From: Adineta vaga
Taxonomy: Eukaryota > Animalia > Rotifera
Direction of reading: 5' to 3'
NCBI GenBank assembly: GCA_021613535.1
Contig: CP075492.1
Coordinates: 14,322,001-14,386,000, forward strand
Length of the DNA: 64,000 nucleotides
Shown: positions 13,274-26,373 of the stretch, piece after piece
How the letters are laid out: each line of letters opens with the position of its first letter
Numbering within the stretch: position 1 is the first letter of the stretch
Translations under genes and position numbers: made by a program
Notes under the pieces: model-generated
The model's database searches: none
Told to the model about the DNA's origin: nothing
Seen by the model: only the letters and a program-made list of their open reading frames with translations

Positions 13274-13995
13274 CTTTTCGATCTTCAATATTGAAATCTT
13301 CAAATGATCTAAACAACAATAATACTTCTACTATCGACTTATATAACCTCGACATCAGTTATTCAATATGTACTTTAAATTTCTATCTTCTAGAAGATAC
13401 ACTTCATCCATAAAATGCACATTATGCACTGTTATTCAAACGGTAGAAAAAAAATCCGATCACGTGTACAAAACTAAGGATTATAAAAGACAAAATGAAA
13501 TAAATATTTTACTGCGAGAACGTCTTACATCACCTTTCTTTGATTCTTTCTGTATACTAATGTATTGAAGTTTATCTAGTGCTCCTGTTATTAAGTTGTT
13601 CTGAATATCAATGAGGATTAGATAAATCTAATAATGATAATTATATCATCGTACACAATCTTAAGAGTGTAGCGTGGGTGAAGAAGATTTAAGAGACACC
13701 TTCATCCAGACCGCCTCATTTCATAGTTATTTTTCAAACATCATTTTCACAAGATTGATGACTCATTATTTATTCTATCGCTGACTTTGTTCTACATTTC
13801 ATCTTGTATAGAAGAACACACAAAAAAACTTCAAGGAGTAATATGGCGTAGTGATAGTATCTTATCTGATGAGCGTTTTCATGATAACATAGACGATTGG
13901 CACTTTCAATGTATTGACAGAGTCGCAGAAAGACATTTTTTATTACGGTTATGATGTAAGAGATAGGTGGCACATATATAGAACAAATATTTTAG

Positions 13996-14110
13996 TCATA
14001 CGCTTTGGATAAACCGGATAAACTGAATGTTCATATTGTTGCTCATACACATACATGATGATGATGTTGGTTGGCTGAACACAGTCGATCAATACTATAC
14101 TATGGATATA
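13996..14110 (+). pseudogene. Single-exon remnant of a GH38 lysosomal alpha-mannosidase N-terminus
   Basis: Reads KPDKLNVHIVAHTH/(frameshift)HDDDVGWLNTVDQYY, matching the GH38 signature [23 protein letters not shown]; no other exons nearby. Confidence 0.8.
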
Positions 14111-14463
14111 AGTTATGAATTGGTTTTACAAGAAAACTATACATATCCACACCCACATCATATTTCTTTTTTGAGAGTATGGGTGTGGAAATAAGAGTAT
14201 TCTCAAGATTTCATAACGACGATAGTCATAACCTGAATAGATGTCATGCAGTATAAACTCCACTATTTCGCTTTCTATTTCTATGGTTTTAAAGTGAGAA
14301 TAAACACTCACAATCGCTATCTTGCATAAATTCAAGCAAAATGGTGAGGAGAAAGAAAAGAATGATAAACTATTGCGTTTCGAGAAGAAAATATATATAA
14401 GGACATTTTTATCAACACATTTCAAATATTAAATTTTAAAGAATTATACAGATAATTAATAAC

Positions 14464-15462
14464 ATGCAATACTATCAACTGGTTAATATTGGTTGGCTTG
14501 TACATATTCTAACTTGCTTTTACATCATTCGTCCTATTCATCACATATTAATTCGAAGCATTTTGACGCTCATACCTTGTATATTACTAACTATTATGAG
14601 TGTTCGTACTCTTCCTTTGCATGATATTAATTCTGTCTTTGCTATTGCCACCTACTGGATGATATCAATTCGTATCATTCATTTTACTGTTCTTTCAGTC
14701 GACAAGTCTCACACATTATTATCCTTTGTTAAGAAATGTCTATGGATACTCTTTCCAGTCGTACGTTATCCCTCAAAAGAAGGCGAATGGCCCGTTCTAT
14801 ATTATTTGATTTCGGGTGTCGCAAAATTTGTGCTTAATCGTTGGATACATAAATGGTTGTTAATGTGTGAAGCAAATGATAGTTATATAAGAGTCATGGT
14901 TTACTTCCTGTCGATATTGAGTTTCTCTTATGTAATTGACTTTGAAACATTTGTTATTCGAATTGTCACTCGAGATAAATACACAATGCAACCACTCAAC
15001 AATTTCCCATTCTTATCTCAATCAGTGCGTGAATTTTGGGGCAGACGATACAACCAGATCATTGGTACAATTCTCAAGGAATCTGTTTTTCAGCCTCTCA
15101 GTTTGTATATATCTTCTCCATCAATCAGAGCTTTAATAACGTTTACTATCAGTGGCATTTTTCATGCTCATATTGTTTTTGTCGTCTTCAATGATCCATC
15201 ATCAGTTTCGTCTTCTATTGCATGTTTCGTCCTCAATGGTATTGCAGGTTGCATAGAAACACGTTTGCCGATTAAATTTCCATTACAACTTCGATATTTA
15301 ATGACATATAGCATCCTTTTTGTTACAGCGCCAATGTGTCTTGGACCGTATGCTCGAGATAAAGCTGTGTTTTTTGGTGTAGATTCACTATCGTCTTACG
15401 GAGATCAATGGATTTCAAAATTACCCGTACCAAAAATGTGTCCTCGCGGTGAACAATATTGA
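14464..15462 (+). CDS. Wax synthase-like MBOAT O-acyltransferase (MBOAT_2), intronless
   Basis: NFPFLSQSVREFWGRRYNQ and FTISGIFH motifs; multiple TM helices. Confidence 0.85.
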   Translation: MQYYQLVNIGWLVHILTCFYIIRPIHHILIRSILTLIPCILLTIMSVRTLPLHDINSVFAIATYWMISIRIIHFTVLSVDKSHTLLSFVKKCLWILFPVVRYPSKEGEWPVLYYLISGVAKFVLNRWIHKWLLMCEANDSYIRVMVYFLSILSFSYVIDFETFVIRIVTRDKYTMQPLNNFPFLSQSVREFWGRRYNQIIGTILKESVFQPLSLYISSPSIRALITFTISGIFHAHIVFVVFNDPSSVSSSIACFVLNGIAGCIETRLPIKFPLQLRYLMTYSILFVTAPMCLGPYARDKAVFFGVDSLSSYGDQWISKLPVPKMCPRGEQY

Positions 15463-15506
15463 ATAAAAAACAAGAACAAAAACAAAATTGAAGATGAAAA
15501 TTGTTT

Positions 15507-16420
15507 TTATTTTCCCAATAATCGACGAATTCTATTTGATAAAAACTGTGTGAGATCATGATTACATAAAAATAAATTTATTATAACACACAATATCGCC
15601 AGTTCACTTATTAAGGTGGCGAAGTGGATAATTATTGGTTCAATAGACATTTTAGTCGTGAGGATGAGCACTATGTGAATAGGAGACCATCCTATCATGA
15701 ATACCATAAACATGCAAAACATCCGTTTCAATACGGAAATCTCTCGACGGCTGATAATTAGCTGATAATTATTCCTGACATTTGTGACTGCTCGTACATT
15801 TTGCGTTTGAACACGATTAGTTGAAGATCGTATATAAATCATAATACGAAGATTAATGATTGTATTGAGCAAAAGAGGTACGAATATAACCATCATATAT
15901 GTATATATTGCTGTCCATAAATCATTTACACAATACTATAAAAATCGAATAGCAACAATTCAAATTAGATTAGTTTTAAACTTACTGTTACTTTTCGAGA
16001 AAGAAATGGCAATGGTATAATAAATACAATTGCCCATTGACATGTAATACATATTGCAATCCATTTTTTTGTTTTAAAAAGTTGTCTTGTATGATATATT
16101 ATTGAACATAGTCGATGAAAAGATAGAACAACGAAGGTAAATGTTATTTCAACAGAAACGAAATTATATATATAGTACACAATTCCACATGTTTGAGAAG
16201 CCAATATACTGGCAAGATCGAAATAGAGCATTAAAACATAGACTATTTCATAAACACTGGTACCAATCATAGCAAAACATATATTCACAATAAATATGTT
16301 ATTATACGTACGAAAACGTTGTATCGACAGAATTAATAAGGAATAACCAAAGGCGATAAGTATAATTGGAATTAGTGCGCTCACTTCAAGAATAGTCATA
16401 ATATAAAATATATCTGTCAT
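15507..16420 (-). CDS. Orphan class A GPCR; 2 exons (intron 15936-15985)
   Basis: TM3 SFHRLCSIIY, TM6 FMIGWSP; the intron joins the two track ORFs. Confidence 0.8.
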
Positions 16421-17050
16421 TTTGAACAATATCGAGATTCGTTAAAGCACTAGAAACTTTGTAGTTTGATTACAAACGAAGTAAAGAAAAAGTATTCTTC
16501 AAACTTCTTTTCTGTGTAATTATTGAATGCAAAGAAAAATATACACATATATTTATTTTCTTTTTCAAATTACTGATGATGTATTGACGGTTTTACCAAG
16601 TGCCTCTGGTTCATGTTATTTGCTTGAATAAATCTACTAATAATGATAATTACAACGTTAGCGTTTTTATTCTTAATATAATCTTTCTAAGTTCTGTTTT
16701 GAGGACTAAAAGAAGATTTGAAACTCACGGCTAATGAATTCACTGTACTTAGATTAACACTATTTCATTCTATGAGAGAAATAAAAATAATGATAGAAAA
16801 ATAATCTCTCGATGAGTTATTTTTGCATTGGGAGCCAAAAAAAGAATGAATAGAACAGAAGGAAAATACTTCATTAATCGAATTACATCAGTCGTATTTC
16901 AACTGATTGATAATGAAGAAGATGCAAAATATAAATATATTCTTCAAGAGAACATTATAGTTTATCAATCGCTGTCTACAAAATTTGTTTTCTTTTTAAT
17001 AAAAGATGTTCACGATTTATTATAGAAAGAATCCCAAATGCACATGAGAA

Positions 17051-17853
17051 TTATGTGCAAGCAGTGAATCGTAATTGTAAATCATAGCAAATTTTCACTT
17101 CTTTTAAACGAGTGCCTGACATATCAATTTTGATAGCCGATGAAAATATTGCTGGTGAATTGAGTGTTAGAATTGAATTTTTGATGGCTGTTGCAGATGA
17201 ACTTTCCAAGATATTTCTTGCTGGAAGACGTAATGCTTGATAGAGTTGCTCGGTGATTTGATAATAGTTTATTGGTTTATCATAATAACAGGTACCTAAA
17301 AATACGCCAAAAAGAAACAGTCAAATATTGAAAAAAGATATCTTTCCATTTCTCTACCATGTTTTTCCCATTCAGCTTGCATTAAAGTTTCTGACGGCAT
17401 GATACAAAAGAATCGTTTGACAAATGTGGAATTTAATTGAGGTTCATTTCGACAATTACGTGGATGAGCACGAACGTTTGCTGCTTTGGCTGCTTGAGGC
17501 CATAGTCCATGAACAATCAATCCAAATGTTGAACTATGAATACATTGAAATTCTTTATCACGTGCTGATTGTGATAAAGTTGCACAATAGGTCGGACTCC
17601 TATTTTAAAAGACAATTTTATGAAATTTTTCATCAAATAATAAAACTATTTACCATGAAAGTGCAAGCATAATATAGTCCGTTTTAGCCGCTAAATTTGC
17701 CCATTCGCCACTTTTTGATTTCCAATTGAAATCAAATTGTGGTTTGAGTTGTGATGGCAATGGACAGGATTCACCATCTACTTTAATACTCATTGTTGTA
17801 CTACCAATAATACTGGCCACTATTAAGAATAAGACGATGATCATCTTCTCCAT
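17051..17853 (-). CDS. Secreted ribonuclease T2; 3 exons
   Basis: CAS I IVHGLWPQ; CAS II after splicing MQAEWEKHGTC; LALSWSPTYC; C-terminal LKEVKICYD; signal peptide. Confidence 0.9.
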
Positions 17854-18894
17854 TAGCAATACTACAAATAGTTTTGATAAAGAGAAGAAGAAATATGACG
17901 AATATTTATAGCAAATATTTTGTAATGATTTATGATTGAGATTGACGTTTTTTTAAGAGAGTTTTATGGACTAGGAGAGATCTGATAACACTGCTTTTTT
18001 ATGATTAATGCATGCAAGTTAATCATTTACGATCGAGAAAATAAATTTCATAAGAAAAGTACATTGACGATATTCCTTAAGTTTAATTTTGTTCTGTTAA
18101 AGATAATGCGTCATAAAATGATAAGTTTATATCCTATTCAGTGACAAGATTGAAACAATAAATATCGAAATACGAGATGAATATGTACTCTCCTCTTCTA
18201 ACATAATTATCTTAAAAGATTGGTAGGACATCCGATGACAGTATTTCATCTTTTTCCGCTTCTTATAAAGTCGACTAGTATTTTGTGGAATTGCTCTGTT
18301 TTCAAGCCATATAGTAATTGTTCTGTTATCTTGATTACATGTTGAATCAATTATATATTCTTGTTAAACCATTGATCAAGTTTTGTCATTTTCGAAGACT
18401 TTATCTTCTTTGTATTCATTGTAAAAATGAGAAGTTTGTGGAAGAATTGTACAATCGATTGGGCATGAAGATTTCGTTCGTAGGTCTTCTACGGCGATTA
18501 TCAAATTTTCGTATACTAAATAAAAATGAAGTAAGTACCGAGTGAGATTAATTCGTTTCAGAATAAAATTCGATTGAACGTCATCAATTTTCAAAAGAGT
18601 TAATGAACAATTGAAAGAAAGAAATGAATATGATCTGATGTTAAATCTGACTTATTGAATGAGAAAAGAACGGAAGAAAAGAAAGACAACTTTTTCTTTC
18701 ATATAGTTAATGTATGAGTAATGCAAAACTCATAAAAGTTTCTTTATTGGTCATATATGTACCATTTATTTTTATGTTAATGATGTCAATGTGAATAAGG
18801 ATTAAAAGAATGTACACAATTATATTCTCATAATCAGGAATGAAAAACACGCTTTTAACTGATAAATTTTCTCATTTTTTATGTACAGTGTTCA

Positions 18895-20151
18895 TTAAAA
18901 GATTGTTTTCAGAACTTCTTCACGTCCAAGATTTGTTAGTCGTAATCTTGATAGATAGTCATCTCGATTGATATAACCTCCACACATTCGTCGATAACCA
19001 CTAAAAGCTGATCGACCATGTAAAACTCTCCAATTATCAAAAATGACTGCTCGTCCTGGTCGTAATTGTACCCATAGTTCACTGTCTTTTCTCTTCAAGA
19101 TCTCATTCCATTTTTGTATAGCATCATAAAATCGTGTAACATCGTCAGGATTATCCCACTGATCCATAACACTTCGATGACCATTATTCCATCGAATTTG
19201 TTCCAATTGTCCAGTAGTAATATTATGGGTTAGTATAGGATTTGGTGTTGAAGGTTGAATAAAAGTTTCTTTATCACCAGCCGTGTGTGAAGGTACTCGA
19301 ATGGTTGACAAGATTCTATAGGCAATTGGATCTTCTTCACGTAAAATTTGAGCAGCACGAAAACCATCCACTAGTAATGTTTTTCCACCTTCACCATTGA
19401 ATTTAAGTAAATGTAAGAGTTGTAATCCAGCTGGGTCAGTAAAATATGTTGTGTCAGTATGAGCATCGAGTTCTGCGCTCGTGTATGCAAGATCGGCTTT
19501 TGATAAATCTGACGTAAAATCCCAAAAACTGCCATAGTGAGTTGAGCGAATATAAGCAATTCGACAGATTAGTTGTTCAGTTGCTTTGGGATTGGCAGGA
19601 ACACCATTAACGAAACAGAATCCATATCGATAAATTTTCGATGTCCATTCAGCGACACCATCATCAGAATTGATTACAGCATCATAGTCGACAACTGGTA
19701 AATTCTGTTGAATATCACAACTCCATAGTTCTTTTTGAGGCAGATGAATTGTATGCAAACGAGGATTGTATGAATGCCGATAAAGCCATGACCATTCATA
19801 GAAACTTTTATGAGCCTGATGATTCCAATGAATTGTAAGTCCTTCTTTAGATTGTTCGATGTTTGTTGATTTGATGTCCCGAGGAATTTCTAATGTGTTG
19901 ATTAATCGTTGTTTTGTCAATGGATGTAAACATTGTTTACACTGACAATGATCACGTAACCAAATGTTATGATATGTACTTGTGAGCTTCTCTTCCCAAG
20001 ACACTCGAATAATAGATGATGACGTTGAAATCTGACGATCATAGACAGGACTATTCTCGGTGCTGAACTGCGGAATACTAGAAGTTATGTTCAATCCTCG
20101 CTTGAATATTGATATTTGCCGTGGAAAATAACTTAGTATTCTGGGAATCAT
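18895..20151 (-). CDS. TMLHE: Trimethyllysine dioxygenase (carnitine biosynthesis; TauD/BBOX family), intronless, mitochondrial-type presequence
   Basis: WLRDHCQCKQCLHPLTKQR zinc motif; HTD iron ligands in HTDTTYFTDPAGLQ; DNWRVLHGR. Confidence 0.85.
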   Translation of the reverse strand: MIPRILSYFPRQISIFKRGLNITSSIPQFSTENSPVYDRQISTSSSIIRVSWEEKLTSTYHNIWLRDHCQCKQCLHPLTKQRLINTLEIPRDIKSTNIEQSKEGLTIHWNHQAHKSFYEWSWLYRHSYNPRLHTIHLPQKELWSCDIQQNLPVVDYDAVINSDDGVAEWTSKIYRYGFCFVNGVPANPKATEQLICRIAYIRSTHYGSFWDFTSDLSKADLAYTSAELDAHTDTTYFTDPAGLQLLHLLKFNGEGGKTLLVDGFRAAQILREEDPIAYRILSTIRVPSHTAGDKETFIQPSTPNPILTHNITTGQLEQIRWNNGHRSVMDQWDNPDDVTRFYDAIQKWNEILKRKDSELWVQLRPGRAVIFDNWRVLHGRSAFSGYRRMCGGYINRDDYLSRLRLTNLGREEVLKTIF

Positions 20152-20819
20152 CTCAACAAGATTATCTTGTGTTTGTTAGTTTGAATAATATGTAATAAAT
20201 AACTAAAAACGAAAAACTAAAACAATTCTCAAGTTGATTTTTTGGCGAAAAGAACTTTTCATTCTTTTAATTCTAAACTTGTCGACTATAGTCATTCACA
20301 TATGTCGTGTATGAAAAAAAACTTAAATATAAAAATTTGATTCTTACATACCTCTTCCTTTCACTACTGTATAAGACGAACATTTATTCGACTGTCATAT
20401 ATATATATATACATGTGAAGATTCTTATCTATGTAGTTAACGTCATAGGGCACGTGGAATTTAATTGTAAGGATGAAGTGTTTTGATAAAAATTTTTTGT
20501 TCTAGAAGTCCATTGTCGTACTAAAAAGATACGAGTATTCTATGTGATGACTAACATACGTTACATCATACGACATAACTAAAGCACATACTCTCAAGAA
20601 AGAATCAATATGCGTATGTACTGATAACTTCAATTTCGAAAGTGTAAATAACGATATCATTATTCATACTTCGTATGACTATAGTCAATGTTCATGCATT
20701 ATAGTTTTTCTACAAATTAATCATCATGCAAAGATTGTTTTAAAAAACGATGACAGGCAGAAATTTATCTCATATATTTTTCTGTAAATATTTTGAAATG
20801 ATTGATTTTCATTTGTCAT

Positions 20820-21312
20820 TATTAGTATATAAAAATATACTGGTAGTAAATAATGATAATGCAAAGATAAAAATCAATTGATTTTTAAAAAAAGTAAGAG
20901 AACTGAAAATTTTTCTCATATCTATTTTTAACGGCAAGAATTAAAATAATATTGCCCTATTTATTGAGTTTGTTTTCGTAAGTACAAAATGTAACAGCTA
21001 AATTTTACAAAGTAGACAGTAATACAATGGAATCTGGATGGTTATGGAAGTAAATATATATATGCTGGTATTCCGAGAAGACTAGATAATAGCTCAGTAC
21101 AATTACAGAGTCCTCAAGGTATAACCATGGATAAATATGCTAATTTATATGTGACTAATTGTCCAAATTCTATATTTGGTATTACAATTGCTGGTACTGA
21201 TGAAATGGGTAATGAAAGTAATCAATTATATTTTCCTTGTGATGTGGCACTTGATGTAGAAATGAATTTATATGTCACAGATACATATAATCAACGTATA
21301 CGGAAATTCTAA
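20820..21312 (+). pseudogene. Internally deleted copy of the NHL gene at 3716-5038
   Basis: 21016-21310 is near-identical to 4703-5022 apart from a ~24-nt deletion; 20820-21010 resembles 3600-3780 with ATG changed to ATA; early TAA. Confidence 0.85.
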
Positions 21313-21559
21313 ATAATTTAATGTGTTTCAATCGTACATATGCAGGACAAGAATTATATTGAATCAAAGCATAACCTATTGTTCTAAATAGATTAGTATC
21401 GATGAGAAAACTATCTAGTTTTATCAGATCAACAAATGACCGCATTCAAAGATGTGAATGGAATAAAAATACAATACTACTCACACACAAAAAGTCTCTT
21501 CTAAACGAAGAACAATATTTTCTTCGACATATTAGTTTTTTTCACATTCATCAAAACAT

Positions 21560-22240
21560 ATTGTTATTAATCGACTATCATTCTTCCGGTCTATCGGTTT
21601 AATTTTCTCAAAGAAAGTGCCGTACGATGATATCTATTTAATCGTTTATTCCAATCTTTCATTCTCAATCAATGCTAAATTATTCTCTATTCAAGTTGTA
21701 AAGTACTATTCACAGTTAGTGATGAACAACATTTGGAATGCATATTCCGATTACCTCTGCTATTTCCGAAAAATAATTTACAATACACTTGTCTACAATT
21801 GTATATGGATTAGTGCATGACTTGCTCTTAAACGTAGTTTAATTGTAGGTTCTAATAGTAAAACGAATGTCATTCGATGGCCATCATATCCTAGTATTAT
21901 ATTTATCTTTATATCACCTATCGGCTCTGTTACACCAATATTTGTGCACAATTGTGGCTGGAAAAAGATATCGACTTTACAGGATCTTCGCCGAGTTTTC
22001 ATATATTTTACATTGTTACAGGACTCACAATTTATGTGCTAGCTACTTTGTTAGTTTTAATTAGTTTCGCAATTCGTATACGTCGTTATGGGACAGAAAG
22101 TGGTTGCTTACAGCATGAACAAACCTTATCAAGGACACTATTCGTGTGGTATTTCAACCATAGAATTTATTGTAAAAATTATAATAGAATCGTTACAAGG
22201 AACGCCGCTCGTTCTTACATGATTATTTTTTGTTTATCCA
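21560..22240 (+). pseudogene. Degenerate 7TM/GPCR-like fragment
   Basis: YNCIWISA*LALKRSL resembles TM3 W.SA.VAIER; hydrophobic segment HIFYIVTGLTIYVLATLLVLISFAIRIRR in another frame; stops and frameshifts. Confidence 0.45.
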
Positions 22241-22744
22241 TCGAAAGTTTGTATGATGGAATTTTATATGAATACATAGCATGGGGAAAAGGTGACTAAG
22301 ATTTTAAGGTTCCTCAAACGAAAGTGTTCTAGAAAAAGAGAAGGTATCGATGGATTTAAATGCAACTGATGAGTAGTCAATTATTTCCATTTATGTACTA
22401 TCACGCTCACCTGCATCCACACTCTAGCAACTACATCATTTCTTATCAACTAAGAAAACAAATCGTCATCATTCGACACGCATGAAATAAAGAGATACAT
22501 AAGAGAAAAAACAAAATGAGAAGTGCGAGCACGTGTGCATTTAAATTAACAGTAGTAACAGACGTTTTATACTCTTTCATCACGATTACTAAATATATGT
22601 ACGCGTTCTCTTATTTGAAGGTAGTTTTTCTTATTGACAATAACAAATACTCTTTGATCGCTTTTATACATTAAAATAAAACAAGATAAAGAAAAGTAAT
22701 TATAGATTTGATAGTGGTCAATAATTCATAGTGGTGATTGTATC

Positions 22745-24150
22745 GTGAGATGGACCAATGGAAACGGTAAGGATGAAGCAGTATTATTATCATCATATTT
22801 TCTTCAAACTATACTGATCTTTAGGGCAAAGCAGTTCATTAAGCATATTCTTTTCAGTACGTTTGTAGCATGGATTTTAGCGGTCTTTACTGGCTTCATC
22901 TTCATATTTTTACCAATGCAACATGATAATCAAAATGTTCTAGTTGGTATAACTGATGATTTAGGTACAGTCAGAGAGAGAGAGAGAGAACGGATGTGAG
23001 ATGAAAATAAGCATTAGGATGTTTATCTACTCATTGAAAATTATGGATTGCATTTAGTTGCATCCCAAAATATTTCTATATTTATTTTATTGTTATAGCT
23101 TTCACTTATTTCAATCTGAATTACCAGTCCGATATCCGAAGTAATGGCACTTTGGTTGTTTCGGATTTACCAAAACTCGCAGAACAGGTAATGACTTCGA
23201 ATTATATATATTTGAAAGAATTAATGATATCTTTCTCCTCAAAGATTGCTGAAATGTACAGTATTTCTCGTAATATAATTCGAGTATTTTCAGCAAGATT
23301 TATACAAAACATTATTTTAACACGACGAAAACGACAAACGTAAGTAGAAAAGAAAAATAATCGAATTAGAGTATAGTAGTATCTGTTATCATCCGATCGG
23401 TTTGATCTTATATGTAGATAGTGTTGAAGTGCACTTGTTATCATTAAAAAATTCTTTTCTATTTACTTCACTTTTACCTCGACAACGATTATGTTTTCTT
23501 GGCGAATACATGCATATTACTATTCTATCGTCTATAGTTACGTACCAATTCTTTCAGTTCTAGGATGAGAAAAAGAAGCCTTTCATTTTTTATTGATCTG
23601 TTTATTTTAGCACATCACTTGATCATATCACGAACCATAAAACTGGGGATCTGTTTGTAATTGATCTTGAAATTAAATATCCAACTACTTGTGCATTATT
23701 CAAAATGTGCAATGGTCGTTTTGTCGATCGTGTCTTCTCAACCATTCGATTAGGTCCACCAGAATTTTCTTTCAATATATCACTTGTAAACGGCACAACA
23801 TACAGTGTTAAACTTACCTTATACTCAATAAATGAGACATATGTTACAGCTATAACAAGTACTACAGCAACTGGTAAGGATTTCTTTTTCAATTATACTA
23901 AAACATTTGTGTGTTTGATTCGAATTGAGATGTAACAATCGATAAGTTGCTTATCATCAAAAAGAATAAAATAAATAAAGCTTGTTTTTACATCATTTTT
24001 GAATTTGATTCTACTTACATTTTCTTAGACTTTCTATCTTAATTGTAGGTGTAACATCGGAGTTTGTTACCAATTCTACAACTGTAAAAGTCATAACCAG
24101 CACAAGCTTAATAAGTACAACTACGAGCACGATGATAACAACGACTTTTC

Positions 24151-24181
<31 letters not shown>

Positions 24182-26047
24182 CGAATCATCAACAGCCATG
24201 ACAACGGTTATGACTGAAACATCAACAATAGCAACATCGACCGAAATATGTAAGTTTTTTATGTACATCGTTTTATCTCTTTCCGTAATTTAATGTGAGA
24301 TAGACGTATAAGCGAAGATTTTTTCTTGTTTTGAGTCTATACTGGAAATCAATGCGAAACCATCGCATCATAGTCAGGATTAGCATATTAATTCCTGTGT
24401 ATTTTGTAGATGTAACAACTATTACAATGACGACAACTACGTCAACCATAAGTACAACAAGTGAGTGTCTCGTGCGATCAATACTATATAAAAGATAATT
24501 ATCATATTTATAAATAGCGACAACAACTTCATTACCAGTCAATGTGTTTTGGCCATTCAATTCCAATTATAATGATTTGTATAATATTTATAATGGTGTT
24601 GGAATTAATAATCCTACATTTATTTCACCTGGCTATAATGGTTATGGATCATCACTTTCTCTCAATAGAATTAGTTCACAATATGTACTTGTTCCAACGT
24701 ATGCAAATATGGCATTTACAAGTTTCACATGGGAGATATGGGCTTATCCAACTAATTTTGGTTAATTAAAATAAACAAAATATTTTTAGCGTAAAATAAA
24801 TTGAGATATTTTCTATTTTGCTTTAGCTATGAATGACAGTGTTTTGGTTGGAATGTGTGAAAGTTCTACAACAAATCAATGCTTATCCTTAATGATCCGA
24901 CAAAATACGATATATTTTGGATTTTTGGATAATGATTGTTGGAGTACAGCGAATGTTTCTCTTAACCAATGGCATCATTTTGGATTTGTATATGATTATG
25001 AACATCGTATTCAATATATTTATTTAAATGGAATTCGTGTATGTACACATACATTATCAGATCCATTCCAAACGACTAGTGGATCTATTACTATTGGAGC
25101 AATGAATAATACAGGCATAATAACTAACTTCTGGACAGGATATATTGATCAAGTATCATATGTATCAAGAGATAAAACAGAAGATGAAATTTTAGAAGAT
25201 GCAACTCTAGTAGCATATTATTCATTCGATAATGGATCATTCTTGGATTATGGACCAAATAAAATCAATGGAGTAAGTTAAGAAAAAATCTAGTTGTACA
25301 CTTATTTGTATTCGATATTTTTTTATTAGACAGGAGTTGATACAAGATCAGTAGCAGGTCGAGTAAATGAAGGAATTCTATTTAATACGAGTGGAAGTTA
25401 TTTTCAATCGGGTGGTTTCACTCTTTTGGGTTACTCATATCGTTCCTATTCTATTGCACTTTGGGTTTATAGATCATCACCAGCAACTGGATTTGGAACA
25501 CTTCTTCACACTTCACACTCGTAAGATCTACTATTATGTTTTGAAAAATGTTTCCAATTGGTTAAATAAAGTAACGATATAGATGAACATCAGATTATAT
25601 GTCTAACATTTCTTACACTCTCATATATTGATTCTCGTGTTTTATCTATATAGATCAACTGGTGTTTCATATTGGTGTGTACCAATGTTGGGTTTTAATT
25701 CTCTATTTCAAGTAATTGGTCTAGGTTGGGAATATTCTATGGGTGCTATGAGTGTTGTTGGATCTATATTACCCGTTGATGTTTGGGCTCATCTTGTGCT
25801 TTCTTATAGTGCTACAAATGGTGTTCGACTATGGATAAATGGAACATTGATTGGCTCAACAATTCCATTTGTTTATAATTCGGCTACTTATCCACTTACG
25901 ATAACAGTTGCCAGTGGTCTGTCCGGTACGAATGTATGTCAAGGTGGCAATATTAGACAAGGACAGTTCTATGGTACTGTAGATGAATTACGAGTTTATT
26001 CAAGAGAACTAAATGCTAGTGATATTTACTTGCTAGCTAATCCATAA
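22745..26047 (+). CDS. Multi-exon type II membrane protein: TM, RRKR site, Thr-rich stalk, two LamG/concanavalin A-like domains; 5' end uncertain
   Basis: LamG motifs SFTWEIWAYP, QWHHFGFVYD...IYLNG, WTGYIDQV, WAHLVLSYS...LWINGTLIG, FYGTVDELRVYSREL; poly-Thr exons at ~24049-24249 and ~24410-24460. Confidence 0.75.
24152..24182 (+). repeat. (ACA)n microsatellite encoding poly-Thr
   Basis: About 10 tandem ACA units inside the Thr-rich exon. Confidence 0.9.
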
Positions 26048-26156
26048 CGACTAGCTTTTTTTTAATATTTGTTTAAAAATCATTTCAATTTTATTTGCAC
26101 TTGACAAAAAAAATTATAAAATGTATATTCCAGTGTTAGTTTTGCACAGGCATGTG

Positions 26157-26181
26157 CCAAACTCAAAGCGTTTGAGTTTGG
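26157..26181. repeat. Perfect 11-bp stem hairpin CCAAACTCAAA-GCG-TTTGAGTTTGG
   Basis: Read directly from the sequence. Confidence 0.9.
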
Positions 26182-26323
26182 ATTTAGACTTGAATATCAA
26201 TTTTCGGTTTTTATTTGCTTTCATATAGTTAATTAAAGTGTGAAGTTAAAGCTTTGGAATTCTTCTCTCACAAACCGTGACACGTTTTCCCAAACAATTT
26301 ATATGTATTGAAATAATTCTTTA

Positions 26324-26373
26324 GGGTGAGGGTGAGAAAACGATATTCATACTCACTCTCACCCACATCCTCA
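26324..26373. repeat. Short hairpin with TGAGGG-like arms; member of a dispersed family
   Basis: GGGTGAGGGTGAG ... CTCACTCTCACCC; related copies near 13676, 27377, 30806, 46389, 48151 and 59535. Confidence 0.7.
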
